Positions 12,578-27,379 of a stretch of 64,000 nt of DNA are shown here, in pieces. Source of the stretch: Camelus dromedarius (Eukaryota); assembly GCF_036321535.1 (NCBI RefSeq), contig NC_087437.1, positions 51,276,001-51,340,000 of the forward strand, read 5' to 3'. Each line of letters starts with the position of its first letter. The stretch's first letter is position 1. The notes under the pieces are model-generated. The model searched no databases. It was not told where the DNA came from and worked only from the letters and a program-made list of their open reading frames with translations. Both the position numbers and the translations under genes were made by a program.

Positions 12578-14532
12578 AAGAGAACTGCTGTTAGTTTTAG
12601 TACTTTCAGATCTATTTTGCTGACCTAAGGCTGCCTCTATCCCACATACACTGGAACATTAGCAAGAAATAGGGGAAGCTAGGGCAATCTTCCTTGTTTA
12701 CAGCCAGATCTCCTGACTAGCGTGTACTTATAAAGGCAAATGCTTACTTGAAGGTGATCGGAAAATATGGGCAAATGAACTTACTATAAACCAACATAGC
12801 ATTTACTATGTGCCAGGCATTGCTTTAAATGCTTTACAGATACTAACTTTTGTAATCCTCATAACTACCCTATGAAGTTTCCCCCATTTTATAGCTGAGG
12901 CACTTAGATGGCAAGTAGCAGCAGAGATTTGAAGAGATCCTTGAAAAGCAGAGAGATTGAATCCAGGCTCCAGAGTTGAGACCCTTAATCACTATGCTAT
13001 GTGCCTTTCAAAGGAAAAACAAGCAAATAAATCATCACTGTACAAGATGACCTCAGATGTGCCCTTACAGACAGCTCTCCTCTCTTCCCCAGGGTGAGTA
13101 TCAGATTAAAATAAACTATGGCTCTCTAACTCTGACTCTCCTAACTAACCTCATTATAAGCAAATGGTAGTTTCCAAAGTCAAAGTCACAATTAGAACAC
13201 TAGAATGTAAATATTTTACTTAATTGTAAAAAGGCACTTCCTGGTTGTTTTTTAGCCAAAGATGAGCAGATGCTAAAAGATGAATACATTATAGACTGAT
13301 ATTTAAAAATAAAATAAAAGCGTCTTTATACTACCCTGCCAGTAACTGCATAAATGTCTCATACTATAACTGCTCGGTTGGATCCCTAACTTCTCTTCCT
13401 TTCTAGGCTTCCCAAAAAAGCTTACCTGGCCTTGTAGGCCAGGAAAAAAAAAAAATGTCTGTTTAAAGTAGAAACAAATTTATTCTACCACATTAACATT
13501 CTGTGAAGCGAGTTGTCAACATTCTAAGACTGAGTGGATTAAAAATGGAAATGAACCAAGAAAAAAGACTTAATATATTCAAGCTATATGGGCTTACTAT
13601 ATGAACACATAAATAATATAACAGGATAGGGAAATATGATTGAGCGAATACTGTTGGGACAAATGAAAAACAGACTGGAGATAAATTAATTGAGACCCAA
13701 GTTTCACACCATACATTAATCCATTTGGGATTAACCCCAAAAGTTACATAAAAGTAATGAAATAAATAGAAGAGAATTAAACAGGAAATTTAGCACACCC
13801 ATGGAAGCACAATAGTCTCCATTTTGTCCCAAAGCCAGAATCTTATCAAAGCCAAGATGGACAGGCTTAAATATAAAAAGAAAAACTTTCTGTGTAATGA
13901 AATTAGCATTAAGGAGGAGAATAAAGCTAAAGAAGTGACAAGGTAACCAAAATAATAACATATTTTGAACAGCCAGCTTTCACTGAATAACATTTTTTAT
14001 CCATTTATTCAACAAGCATTTATTGAGGGACCTACTATGTGCCAGGCACTGCTGTGGGTGCTGGGGACACAGGATTGAAAAAATAGACCTGTACTTTGAA
14101 ATCACTGCCTTCATGCAGGTTATATTCTAGTATTTATAAAAGGTCAAAATCTTGAATAATCTACTAAATTGGTTCAAAAGCTTCTATCTCTCAGCCTCTA
14201 AATTCAATGTCATCAATCAAGAAATAAAAACTAAATTTTAAGATACAACCACATACACCTTAATAAGAAAAAGAGATAAAATCCAACCCGAGAAGGAGGG
14301 AAACGTAAGACAAACACACATCGTTTGGGCATTTTTTAATACGTCACTGGCAGGTACTCAGGGGAGCAAACTGGTCACAGGTAATAACTCACATACGCTT
14401 TGTCTCCATAATATTACCGTAGGAAGGAAAATTTTCCAAACGAAAATAAAATTTAAACCCAACGGTTTACTGGGAACTAAATGCCTAATACAAGATTAAC
14501 AGCTAAACGACAAGTTGATCAACACTCCAGTG

Positions 14533-15040
14533 CAGGGCTGTCCGATAGAGACAGAATACAAGCCACAAATGTAATTTAAGTTTTCTAGTAGCCACGTTAA
14601 AAAAGTAAAAAGAAACATGTGAAATTAATTATAATAATATACCTTATTTAACCCAATATATACAAAATATTATCTTCTAAACATGTAATAAAAAAAAGTT
14701 ACTGAGATATTTTACATTCTTTTTTTGTACTAAGTCTTAGAAATCTGGGGGGGGGTGTTTTATATACACAGCACCTCTCAATTCAGACTGGCCACGTTTC
14801 AAATGCCCAGTTCCTACAGGTGTGTTTTGTTTTGTACAGCATATCCCAGCAGTTTTCGAGTGAGGGTGATTTAGCTTGCCCAGGGGACATATGGCAATAT
14901 TTGAAGACATTTTTGGTTGTCACAACTGCACCTTCAGTGGGTAGAAGCCAAGGATGCTGCTGAACATCCTATAATGCACAGGGCAGCCCCCCGACAACAA
15001 AGAATTATCTGACCCCAAACCTCAGTAGCACTAAGGTGGC
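14533..15040. mobile_element. Adjacent hAT MITE remnants (MER3/MER33-like, then MER20-like)
   Basis: cagggctgtcc..tagtagccacgtt; gacatttttggttgtcacaact...ggatgctgctgaacatcctataatgcacaggg. Family names are from pattern recall. Confidence 0.6.
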
Positions 15041-16293
15041 CCTAGGTAGCTAAACAGCTAACATGGTTAGTACTTGATGCATGCTGATCTAGGGAGATGT
15101 ATTTTATGAGGTGTATTTGTTTTTTATGTTATGATAATTTAAATCTCTTTTTTGCACAATTTTTTAAAAATTGAAGTATAGTCAGTTTACAATGCTATAT
15201 CAATTTCTGGTGTACAGCATAATGTTTCAGTCATACATTTACATATATATATTCCTTTTCATATTCCTTTTCATTGTAGGTTACTACAAGATATTGAATA
15301 TAGTTCCCAGTGCTCTACAGTAGAAACTTGTTTATCTATTTTATATATAGCAGTTAGCAGTAACATTTTAAAGCTTCTCCTGAGACAGGGTGAGGGCATG
15401 CATTTCTCTTTATTTCTCTTAAGGGGCCCTGCAGACTGAAGGGCTCTCCGTGGCCAGATGACATGGCCTCAGAGAGGCATCCGCAGCAGCTGATTCATTC
15501 CAAAAGGAAAAGTACTGCTTGATCTGGGAACTGGGAAAACATTAAACAAGGAAATACTGCTGCCATTTGTATCTTCCTGAGGACTCTGTGGCTAGGAGAC
15601 ACTGAGCATTTTTTCCCTCCTACCAAGGGGATGGAGATGGAGTGGGGGTAGGGGGTTGGGACACTGGGAAACCACAAGGGGACAATGAAATTCAGACTCT
15701 GCAACGGTTCAAACAAAGGTCAGGGAAACACAGTCCTTTACGTGCCTAGCTGGTGAGAGAAACACGGAACTTTCCATCCATAAGCAAACAGAGGTGCTTG
15801 CACAAGAGACCTCCCTCCTCTGTGCGGGCTAAGACCCTCCAGGGGCTGTGATAATTAGCCCACTATCACACAGGATGGCTTCCGTTTATCTGTTGTCCCA
15901 GCTCTTTTTAACAGGCCGCCAGAGCATAATGTCTGCTGACAGGGCAACCGTGGTCTTTCCCCTGCCTAGAGGCCCCTGGGACAAGATACCAGGGGCCAGA
16001 CATCATTCCCTAGGCTGAACAATCCCTTCTGGACAGCAGGACAACAGCAGGGCAGCATTCCTAAACCTGGGGCTGCGGACTCAACCAAGAGGCTCCTGAA
16101 TGCAGAGATTCAAAAACTACCCGCAGTGCAGAGGCACCTCTCAGCTTCCAAGGGGATTAAAGGCTGCAATCCTCCCGTGTGGCACACCCCACAAAGAAAG
16201 CAGTACTTGGGGCACAATTAGAATGGACAGGCCTCTGTAGATGTCCCAGACCGGCAGCTGCCTTTATGACAAATATCTAGAAAGACCAACTTT

Positions 16294-16380
16294 TTTTTTT
16301 TTAATGGAGGTACTGGGGATTGAACGCAGGACCTCGTGAATGCTAAGCATGGGCTCCGCCACTGAGCAATACCCTCCCCC
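16294..16380 (-). mobile_element. tRNA-Ala-derived SINE
   Basis: Reverse-complement core, poly-T and a 16-nt TSD tagaaagaccaacttt. Confidence 0.88.
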
Positions 16381-19300
16381 TAGAAAGACCAACTTTTAAG
16401 GGGTACAGTCAGATACAGGTTTCAAGAGACTCAAAATGTTAAAAATTAAATTAAAAAGAAAGTTAAATTTTCTTTTAAATTAAAAAAGAAAAGAAAAAGC
16501 TGATGCCCTCCCAAGAACAGCTGACTCCAGGCTTTCCCATTCTCCAGCAAGTTAAAAGAACACTAACGAAGGATCTTCCCTCTCCCAATTCTCCACACTT
16601 CCTCAGTCCAATGGGTTATTAACGTGATCCTGACCGTCGCAAGCAGTTCCCTTAAGAACTTCCAAAGGGAGCAACAAAATTCTAGAACATAACCTTCACG
16701 GGAAGGAAGCAGAATATAGTAGAAAGAGCTCACTATTCAAAGTCAGGGAACCTGCTAACCTCTGTCCTATTGCTCAAAGGCTATGAATTAACTTGTACCT
16801 CAGCTCACTCAGCTGTAACTAGGCTGCATTACTCTCATGCGGAGGGTCAGATATTCATATAATTCACAAGAGTAAAAAAATACGTAAAGCCAAGTGCTAT
16901 AACTTAACACCACCGTCACGGTGAAATAGGTATCTTTCCGCAGTTCATAATCTAGCATTAACCCAGGATCAGGAGGAATTTGAAGGCTTCCAGTTGATTC
17001 ATAAGCTAAATTCCAAGGAACTTTTTCAAAGTTCCTATTACATTGGGGTGTGAGATTAACTTTGTTATTACAATGATAAGGTTTCAAAGGATTAAACTGA
17101 AAATAAATCACAGGGGGAAAAAAAGACATGGGAAACACTTAGAGCCCCAGGGGGTGAGGGGCTACAAGAGACTTTATTCTGTGCTATCTTGGTGCTGGCG
17201 ACACAGGAGGATCACCAGGGGAGCTTTAAAACAACACTGATGCCTGAGCCTTACCCCAGAGACTGGTTGAATTCATCTGGAACATCAGTATTTTTTTTTC
17301 AAACGTTCTTCAAGTGATTTTAATATGCAGCCTGGACTGAGAACCACTGATGTAGATAGTAGAATGCTGGTCTCTTGCATTTGACAAAATCCCCTCAAGA
17401 TTTTCAGGCTATAGCTTAAAAAAAAAAGCTAAAATATAATTTGTAAGTGAAACTCCCTTCAGTGCCCAGTACCATCTGTATGCCCATGTTAAATGTTTAG
17501 TGTAAGACATTAGTGGGTCCATCCTGAGAACCCTGGACTGCAGGGCAGGCTGGAACTGCTAACAACGGTGAGCAGCAAACGCAAGGGTGAAGATTTGTGC
17601 AGCCTGGCTACTTTTCCACTGTGAGAATACAACATTTGAGGAAACAAAGTGACTGCTCAACACCATACCTGCTTTAGCAAACAGAAGTTCTCATCTGATA
17701 CCTAATAACACATTAAAGTTGATTCTTTGAACAGTTAATTCAGAAAATAATCTTAAATAATTAAAACATATAGAACATCTAATTATCTAAACAGGTTAAC
17801 ACCCTAAAATGAGGATAAGGAGAGAAGGAATAGACTTAATGAGTTTAATTCTACTAATTAGTGAACTGTGCACCAAATTAACATCACATTAGTCCCTAAT
17901 TTTGATACTGATAGGTTCAACCACCACAAAGACTTCCGGAAGCCCTATTTCCTGTCCCTGCCATTGACCTTTTTATTTTTGATTAAGAAAGAGGGAGGGA
18001 CAGAATAGTGAGACATTCAAGAAAGCATTAGCAGAAGGCTACCTCAAGGCACAACCAAGATTTCACTGAAAAAGTTTTCATTAACCATCTGTAACTTCCA
18101 AGTTATAGATCTTAACAAAACAAAGCCTTGGGTATTTAAAACTGCTTTTTAAAAAAGGAAGCTGGTTCCAACACTTTTCTTCCCTTTTGACAGAAAGCTC
18201 CTTTAACTTGTGCCAACAAGCTGTGTTTATTTCCCTTAAGCAGCATTTCCCAGGAAAGAAGCAGCAGCCCTGCTGCAGACAGCGTAAAAGGGCTCCTGAC
18301 CAAGGCAGCAGGCCAGCCTCAGGAGACCTGTGGTGCTGGAGATTCAGTCCCCACACAGGAGAGCCACCTGGGCTGCGCACCAATGGCAGCACTGTTGTCA
18401 CCTCCAGCAGAGAGCTCTGGGCTGCTATTGGAGACCAACATCTGACACCAGGCCAGATACCGTACCATACCGTACTGAGCTTTATACAGCTTTATGGATG
18501 CCTTCAGGGAAAAGGAAAAAAAAAAGGCAGGTGTTCTTACTCATCCTATCACTGTCCAGAAAATCTGCTGAGTCACTGAGTACCAATCAAGAGAAAAATA
18601 ATGCAGAGCCTGCAAATATACTAATCTCCTTCACCCTGCTCTGCTTCCTAACAGCAAGGAGACTCATAGGTAATGTTTTTGACTCAGAAATCACAAGGGC
18701 ATAGACAAATTCACATACCCTTAGCCCATAAAGGAAAGCTTTCAGAGTCAAATTCTCTAAAAGTATAATGTACTAGACAAAACTATTTTATAACAATAGT
18801 TGTCTCTGGGTAGAGGGTTTAAGGTTTTTCTATAATCTTCTACAATTCGCACATTTTCTATAATAAGACTGGAATTCTTCCATAATAATATATCTTAGAA
18901 TTATATTTCTTGTTAAAAGATTACACCCACATCCTTGATCTTTAGGATACGACTTCAGCTCACCCAAGTATCTCAACTCACTAATTATAAGCATACCAAC
19001 CAAGGTTAAAAGTGTCAGCCTAACACAGATCTAAAGGAGACTCTAAGTGAAGGTCACTGGACTTCGTGAATACTTGCTTTGTTACTTTGTCTAGAGGGAG
19101 AACATTCTAACTTGGTAGAAAGCAAACTGCACCAGTGGTACACTTCTAAAAGAAGAGGGGGAAAGGGCAAGTGGTAATCACGGCACATGAACTTTAGTTG
19201 ACTTCTGCTTATTTTCCATGTTTCCTCCTTTCCTAGATTAGACATGCTAGGGAAAAACAAGTCACCTTGTTTTGGGCTTTGGCCTGAGCACAGTAAGAAA

Positions 19301-21869
19301 AGAAACAACCATCACAATAAAAAAGCTTATAAAAGCATCAAATAGCTTTGTCTTGCTTTTGCTTAAATTTTAATTTAAAGCAACTAAGATCCAAACTTGT
19401 TGGCCTATTATTCAAGGACACACATCAAGTGGAACTTGCGGACCTATCCCTCTACATCTGTGACTTCACACTTCACGCTCAAAGCCAGCAGCACCTAGTT
19501 GGTCCTACCCACAGCTCTTTCTTCTGCCAGGCATGTTCTTCATTTCTCCAAATTCTACCTACTCCTCAAGTCTCCAACCAAGCGCTACCTCCTCCTAAAG
19601 CCTTCCCTGATCTCAAAGACAGAAGCACTCTGCCCTTCTTATTAGTTACTGTGGCATGTAAATTATAGTAATCTATGTGTATGCCCATGAGTTGCTTCTA
19701 GCAGAGGGCGGGCTGGCCCAGCATCCATTTATCTTCACCCGCACCAGACCACTTCGTTCAGGGCTGTGTATGCATCCTGGAGAGTGCTCAAATGTTTGCT
19801 GCACTGAAAAATGAATAAACATCACATTTTAAAACAAACCAACCAAAGCTCATGGAGTTATGTGAGCGACATGTGTCTATCTGAACGCAATGATAAGAAA
19901 AGGAACTGTGCCTGGGGAGTTAAGCTGCAGACACAGGAACAGTGTTAAGGAGTGGTCTGGACGTAAATCTTCATGTGAGCTGAAATAACACCAGCTGAAC
20001 ACCAACCAAGATTAGTGCTTATGCTCAAAGAACTAACAGCCATAGAAGGCACCCCTATCAGCACTTCAGGATTAAAGGATGCCTGCGAATCATCAGACTG
20101 TGGGTGGCCATAGTTTTTACCTTAATAGTTTCAAACAAAGGGTAGGTGTGAAAATGCATCATTTTTACCTTAATTATCTCTAAGTAGATGTGATACAAAT
20201 ATCTGAAGGCGTGACTGATTAGACCAATTTTCCCAAAGAGTATTCCAAAAGAAAGATTTGGTCACAATATGAAGAAATGGGCAAACTGTGTACTCTGCAA
20301 CTTTGCTTACAGCTTAAGAGAAAAAAAATCACCGACTTGTTTAAAATCAGAATTTATTCCTTGGTGCTTTGCTTCTGATTTCTGTTTGACAGTTTCATGC
20401 AAACATGTTGACTGGACCTATCAAAGGCTAATGATGGTGAATAAAACCTTGTTTTCCAATTAAGAGTCACAGATATATTCTTATCTTTTTTTACTTTTGG
20501 AGGTACTGTTTTTTCTTTCTTTTTTTTTCCCTAGTTTTTATTTCTGATGAATATTAAGTATATTTGGCATCTGGGAGGTTCTGCCCCAGATTTCATCTCT
20601 AACAACTAATATAGAAACGATGGTTATGACTCATGAGACACGAAATAATAATCTCTACCCAATTATCTGCTTACATTCTTAAAAACTTATATAGCCATTC
20701 TACATCCCAAATACTTAAATTATCTGTTTTTATACCATCACTGAACCAGAAATTTGTCATCTTGCTGATTCCCTCTATTAGCAAACTGTTAACATATGAG
20801 CCAAGTTCAAGATAAATATATTTAAGAAATTTCAGTTTCAGACAGGTAATATGCAAGAAGGTTCTGGGTGGTATGTAAAATTTAAAAACACTTGATAGTT
20901 ACACATTCATTTTAACACGTGTAAAAAATAGGTTGCATAAACCTACGATTCTATTGCTTAGGTCAAGGCTGAGCAAAAGGAAAAAGAACAGTAGGTTAAA
21001 AGAAATAGTTTAAGAAAAAAGTTCAGAGGGTACAGGATATGGTAAAAAAAAAAAGAAAAACAGTATTCAAATTTAAAAGTTTAGGAAATGAAAGGATAAT
21101 GAAAATGAAATTCATGTGGACTCTTGACATTTTATAAAAGTGGTTGGTATCAGCCTTCCTGTTTCTTCAAGACAGGGCTGAGTCACATGAAGGAAACTTG
21201 CTGTCTGCTGCCTGACTTAATAACTTAGGGGACAAAGGGCACAACAGTGACTCTCCAGTTCTCTACCTACAAAGGAAAAACTTGCTGCTGCCACTGCACA
21301 TCCTAATGTCAGTTCTACTCTAACCAACCAGACAGGACCCCTGTCCCCAGAAATTTCACAGGGCCACACACTACCTTTCCAGGTTCTACCTCTTCCTGCT
21401 CTACAAGCCATCCATGGGCAGCTTGCTCACTCCTAATGCTTCATCTACACAGACACACTAAAGACTCCAAAACCTTTCCCCTACCCGACTTCCTGCCTAG
21501 GCTCTGTCTACTGATCATCTTACCTGGATGCACTTCAAATTCAACACATTCAGAAGCAAACTCATTCTCACCTCTTTCTCCTTCTCTTCCTGAATGTCCA
21601 CCAATAGTTTTAAATTCTTACCACCAATCCAAGGTACCCTAATGCTTCCCTCCCCTTTCAGAGATGCCCCTAAATCTCTCCTCCATCCTCACTATTGCAC
21701 TTGGACCCAGACCCCTGGGCTCTCTCATGTGGACAGACACAAGAGCCTCTGGACTGATCCCTGGTTCTCTCTTCTCTCTCTCTCTCTCATACAGGTTTTT
21801 TCTACACTGCCTCAAAACTAATCTCCCTAAGATAAAAATCAAGTCTTAAAAATCTCAGCACAAGAGCAT

Positions 21870-22880
21870 TACCCATTAGGTAATGCAAATTAAAACTACA
21901 ATGAGCTATCAGACATACCTATCAGAATGGCTACAATAAAATCAGTGATAATACCAAGTACTGCCAAGAATGCAGAGAAACTGGATCATTTGAACATTGC
22001 TGGTGGAAATGTAAAATTGTACAGCCACTCTGGAAAAGAGCATTGAAGTTTCTGATAAAACTAAACACACACTTAACGTAAGACCCAGCAATTACATTCC
22101 TGGGAATTTACCCAGAAAATTGGAAAGCTTATTCACACAAAATCCTATACATAAATGTTCAAAGCAGCTTTGTTTGTAATAGCTACAAACTAGAAACAAT
22201 CCAAATGTCCTTCAACAGATGAGTGGTTAAACAAAGTACGGTCTATCTATAACATGGATTATTACCCACAATTAAAAGGAAAGAACTATTGATAGGACTA
22301 TTGATACACACAAATTAAATGGATCTCAAGGGAATTATGCTGAGTGAAAAAGTCAATCTCAAGAGGTTATATACTATATGATATTGTATATGTGCAAATT
22401 GTAACAATTCTACCTAATAAAACTGAAAAATGAAAAAAAAAAGGTTACATACTATATGATTCCATTTGTATAGCATTCTTAAAGTAACAATTACAGTGAT
22501 AGAGAACAGAGGAGTGGTTGCCAAAGATTGGGGGAGAGGCCAAGGGAGGTGGCTGTGGCTCTGAAAGGGTAGCATAACAGATCCTTTTGGTGGAGCTGAT
22601 TTGTATCTTGAGCATGGTAGTGGTCATACAAATCTACACATGTGAAAAAACTGCATAGAACACATACACAAATGAGTGCGCATAAAACCGGTGAAATCTT
22701 AATAAAGTGGGTAGATCGTATCCATGTCAATCAATAACCTGTTGTGATACTGTACTATAGTATGCAAGAAGTTATCACTGGGGGAAGCTGGATAAGGTAC
22801 ATATGATCTCTCTGTATTATTTTTTTACAACTGCATGTGGATCTATAGTTATCTCAAAATAAAAAGCTAAAAGAAAAAAA
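21870..22880 (+). mobile_element. Old L1 3' fragment
   Basis: aatgcaaattaaaactacaatgag..., followed by 3' UTR and an A-rich end. Confidence 0.8.
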
Positions 22881-23816
22881 AACCCTCCTCAGTAACCTCC
22901 TATAGTTCCCCAAAGCCCACACTACAAGATTCCTTAGTGTGGCATGCAGAACTTCCTCATGCACATCCTATGCTCCAGACAACTAGTTATAAAAGGTAAC
23001 ATTTTTTGAGCACAGGCTATGTGGCATGCACCATTCTAAGCATTTTATATGTGTTAGCTCATTTTAATCCTCAAGGATCCCATGAGTTAGGTTCTAAGGT
23101 CAATATCATTTTATTCCAAAACCACTAAGGCACAGATGACTTAAGTAGCTTGAAAGCATCCCCACTTAATCACCCTTCAGAGCCCTGCTCCAATGTTACC
23201 TTTGTGACTTTTTCCAGTTTAAATACTATACTAACAGTGTCTAGCACTCAAAAGATATTCAATACATGTTTAATTAACATAAGGTTGAGATGAAAGAACA
23301 CAAAGTTACAGAACTGGCACCTTAAGGATTTGACACTGATTCCATTAAATCTATGTTTCTCCAAAGTGAGGCTTGAATGGGAAAGCACTGTATAACATAC
23401 AGTGGGGACAGAAAACACCTGGTGGTGAGCCAATGTCAGTTAATAAGGCAACAGCTTTCACACAGCAAAGAGGAACAGGTAATGTCAGGCTAATGAAACT
23501 CAAGTGTCAGATGCAGGGCCGAATCTTTCTCCAATTTTCACAGAGTAATTACAAGAGCACAAACCTCAGCTTACTACCCAGCAACCCCCATTCTTCCTTA
23601 TTAGTTACTTCTGCAATTCAAGAAAAAATACAGTCTTTTCCCCTCGAAGAAAAAAATTTCTTCCAGTTTAAAATGTATACTCATTATTTCCCTTGGAGGA
23701 ACCTAGACTGTTATCTAAAGACTCCTTTACATTCATGGATTTACTTGATAATTTTACTGATATCCTCCAACAATCTAGAATTGTTCCAAGTATGCTCTGA
23801 AATCTGAATAGCCTCT

Positions 23817-23918
23817 GGGGAGGTGAGTATAGCTCAGTGGCAGAGCACATGCATGCACGAGGTCCAGAGTTCAATCCCCAGTACCTCCGTTAAGAGGAAA
23901 AAACAAAACAAAACAAAA
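23817..23918 (+). mobile_element. tRNA-Ala-derived SINE
   Basis: Core with an internal deletion, (AAAAC)n tail and TSD ctgaatag. Confidence 0.8.
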
Positions 23919-24295
23919 CTGAATAGTCTCCCCAAAGGAATCACACTTTAAACATAGAGGCCGAGGAAAAAAATGATTTTAAATACATGAATGAAGTTTA
24001 ATGGTTTATTTTTCCTCTGCTCCCTGCCCAGCCCTTCCCCCACCTCAGCCCACCCCACACTCATAAGTTGTCTTCTCTCCAGCAAAGCCTTTTGAGGGGA
24101 GAACGCAAAGGGAAAAAACAGAGGAGAGGCTGAGGGCCAACCTCTCCTCTTTCATAAATAACCATAAATTCTTAACAGTGACCTAAAGCTGATAAAGAAA
24201 AAGAAACTTCTTTTAAATTATGCATCATGGGGAAAGAGAAGGTGGGGTGGAGCACAACAAGCAGGTAAGAGGGACTCAGGAAAGGCAGTACTGAC

Positions 24296-24424
24296 CAGCT
24301 GAGTCCTCTTGTACTTGGAGTCCTCACGGTCTCTGGGCTGCCCCGAATTGCTGGTTCTCTCCCGCACGTTTCTATAACCAGGGCTGGGGATGATATACTC
24401 TTTCCCTATGTCAATGTCCTTCAT
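24296..24424 (-). CDS. ABCC5: ABCC5 (MRP5) coding exon 2 with start codon; whole exon 24296-24479
   Basis: Encodes MKDIDIGKEYIIPSPGYRNVRERTSNSGQPRDREDSKYKRTQL (129 nt). Acceptor tttcag| at 24480, donor CTG|gtcagt. Confidence 0.96.
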
Positions 24425-27379
24425 CTTCTCTGAGTGATGGTGCCAGGGCTCACAGGCTCTTGGTTCCACTTGAGAACTTCTGAAATTAAAAATTCATCAA
24501 GGACAGATATTTCCTAAATTGTGCTTAATCATAAGCAAAAAGTGCTTTGAAGTAGGAAAAAAGAACAAAAGCATTACAGTTTTCTGTTATTATAACTATA
24601 AACGTAAATTTTCAAAAAATGTTCATGTACCATTTTCTTTTTTCAATAGAAAAAATTCCGTGTGAGAGACTCAAGAATTCTCTCCTCCCACTTCTAAGGG
24701 AAAAACAAACAAGCAAAAAATAAACATAGTAAAGAGACACCTACCCTCTTCACCTTCAACTACGTTCAAACACAATGTACACAGCATTTAGATAGGCCTG
24801 AAAAAAAAAAAGGCTTTCTGGAAACAATTTAAGTTTGTTCCAAGCATTACAAATTCCACAATTGTAAAATGGATAAATTTTACTAAATGAAAACTTATAA
24901 AACACTTATTCTAACAATGATATATCCCATCTTTGTATTTTTATAATTAGATAATGGTTAACTGTTGTTTTTAAAGCTCTGTGAACCTGCATAGCTAAAA
25001 TACAAAACAATACTATACCTTAACTTTAAAAACAAATTCTCCTCAGGGTACTGAAAGTGTTCTAGAGTTAGTGGTGATGATTGCATAATTCTGTTAATAT
25101 ACTAACCAAACACCAAGTTGTAGACTTTTAAAGGAGTGAATTTCATGGTATACAAATATCTCAATGAAGCTGTTATTAAGAAACAATAACAAAAACAAAT
25201 TCCCCACTCTGCTCTGCTTAGTCTTACCTAGTAGCTACCTGAAACTCTGCTCTAAACCTCAGCTAGCCTGATTAACTCTAATCAATATCCGGTATCAACT
25301 CTGGTTACTTTTGAGAAAATAAAACACATACATACCTCTCCAAAACATTTCCCCTACTCTAAGATGGTTCAAAGCTTCCCAGATACAAGCTGAGAAAACA
25401 CCTTTCATACTGGTCTCACTAGAAATTAAAATGTAGCTGTGTTGCTTTTTGAATTCCATAAATTCCTAGCTATCACTGAGACTTAAAAGTACAACTTTGT
25501 AGACTAAATTCAATGGCTACAATTCATTTTTTAAGGTACCAGGGAAAAAAGGAGAACACTTACAAATCCTCTAAATAAAAAGGACTCAAACTCCTCCACA
25601 GAGATGGGTTTCCAGCACAAAGAAAGCTTGACTTCTTGCCTTTCAGAGGTCTGGCTCAAGTACCCTGAGATAATAATGCTAAGTTACTTATCTTTAAAGT
25701 CACCTTGTCCAATGACAAACTGCACCATAGAGAACCCCGGCTTACAACCAAGAGCACAGTAATCACGTCATGGAGACCTCATTAAGCCTACACTATAAAC
25801 AGACCTGGCATCTGTCAGTGTCCTCAATGTCAGGATGCAGCTGCAGATCAGAGTAATCCTCCTTGTTACAGGGATTGCAAAGGCCAACCCTCCCCTCCAA
25901 AGGTTCCCCAGCCTAGCTGATTATGTGAAAGCAGAAAAGATTTGTCCTCCTTTGAAAAAAGGCAAGAGGAGGGGAGGGAGTTTGAAAGGGAGGAGGCTAA
26001 AGTAACTCACTCACTCACAGTACCACATGCCATGTCGGGAAGTACATAAGGATCATCTCAATTGTCTAAGAACTCATGTAAGCCAACACTTTACTGAAGT
26101 TATTCTATGTATGAAGGGTGTGGGGAGCAGCCTCCCGTTCCCTCTAACACTCTTGCTTCTTTAATTTGCTGGGAAAAGAGGCACAGCTATGAAAGAAGGC
26201 AGGCCTTGTGCAGGGACAAAGCTACTATCTCTTGGCCTGGAACATAAGGAGGATTCCATCTTCTGTGTACCAGGGATATAAGACAGGGCACCCCCACACG
26301 GAGGCTAGCCAAGAGCTAGGAAGCCCAATAGGTTTGGGAAACAAACAAGGCCCAGATCGGAAGGACCACCAGGCTAGACTTTTCTGGAAACTATTTTAGT
26401 TTCCTCTTTTCTCTTGTTCTCCCTTAGAGTTGTTTAAAAGTCTTTTTTAAAATGCTAACTTGCTCCAGCTATTAAGAGAGGGAAAAGGGAAGGGATTTTT
26501 TTTTATGGTTGAGCTGGAGCTGTATGATGGCACTAGCAGAGTAATCCAAGTGGGAGAACCTCTTTAAGGTGCTCAGAACTCAAAATCAATAGCATGGAGG
26601 CCACTTGGTCAGCTGCCTTTTTGTTTGTTTGTTTGTTTTTAACCAAGACTCTCCTTTCAGTGATAAAAGTGTAGACATTCTCCTGCACAATAATGCAGAT
26701 GAAACTGTATGGGGGAAGGGGGTTTGCACAGGATTACAAAGCCTGTAAGTAGCCAGATTGGTGCTTCCCAATTGCCTTCACTATGACATTCCTGTTTCCG
26801 ACACCTCAGGAATCTGCTTCCAAGCCCTGAAGCTACGCAAAGATCTGGAACCACAAGGACAGGTACTTAACCACCCTCCTAAAATCCACCTGTTGTGCTC
26901 CAGCCTCCCGCACCTTTCATTCACTAACGCTGGAGACCCCAGAATAACTTAACCATCTTCTCCTTCAAAACCCTCTGAAACTTTGCCGGTCGTTCCTGTG
27001 CCCACGTGCCTCCTGCCTCCCCACGTCTGTGCAGAAACCAAATCACTCCTGTGTGATAAATACAAAGCACCATGCAGCTCTGCGTGGTAAAGTGGAAAGG
27101 GCACTGACGACGGTCAAGAGATCTGGATTCTAATCCAGGCTCTGCCCACGGTTTGCTGTGCGTGCTTCTGTCACGAACCTCCATCTACCCCTTCGCCAAA
27201 AAACGAGAGGATGACTTCTGCGGTCGCTGGCAGCTCAGAGTCTCCGGTATGTGGCTTGTGCCACAGGCTGGCTTCCCACAACCTTGAGGATAAGGACTTC
27301 TCTCAGGCCATTTTCAACTAGGATGCTCTGGCTCTAGGGCGTTTCCATGGCCAGTTGGGGCCTGGAGAGGTGATAGAGA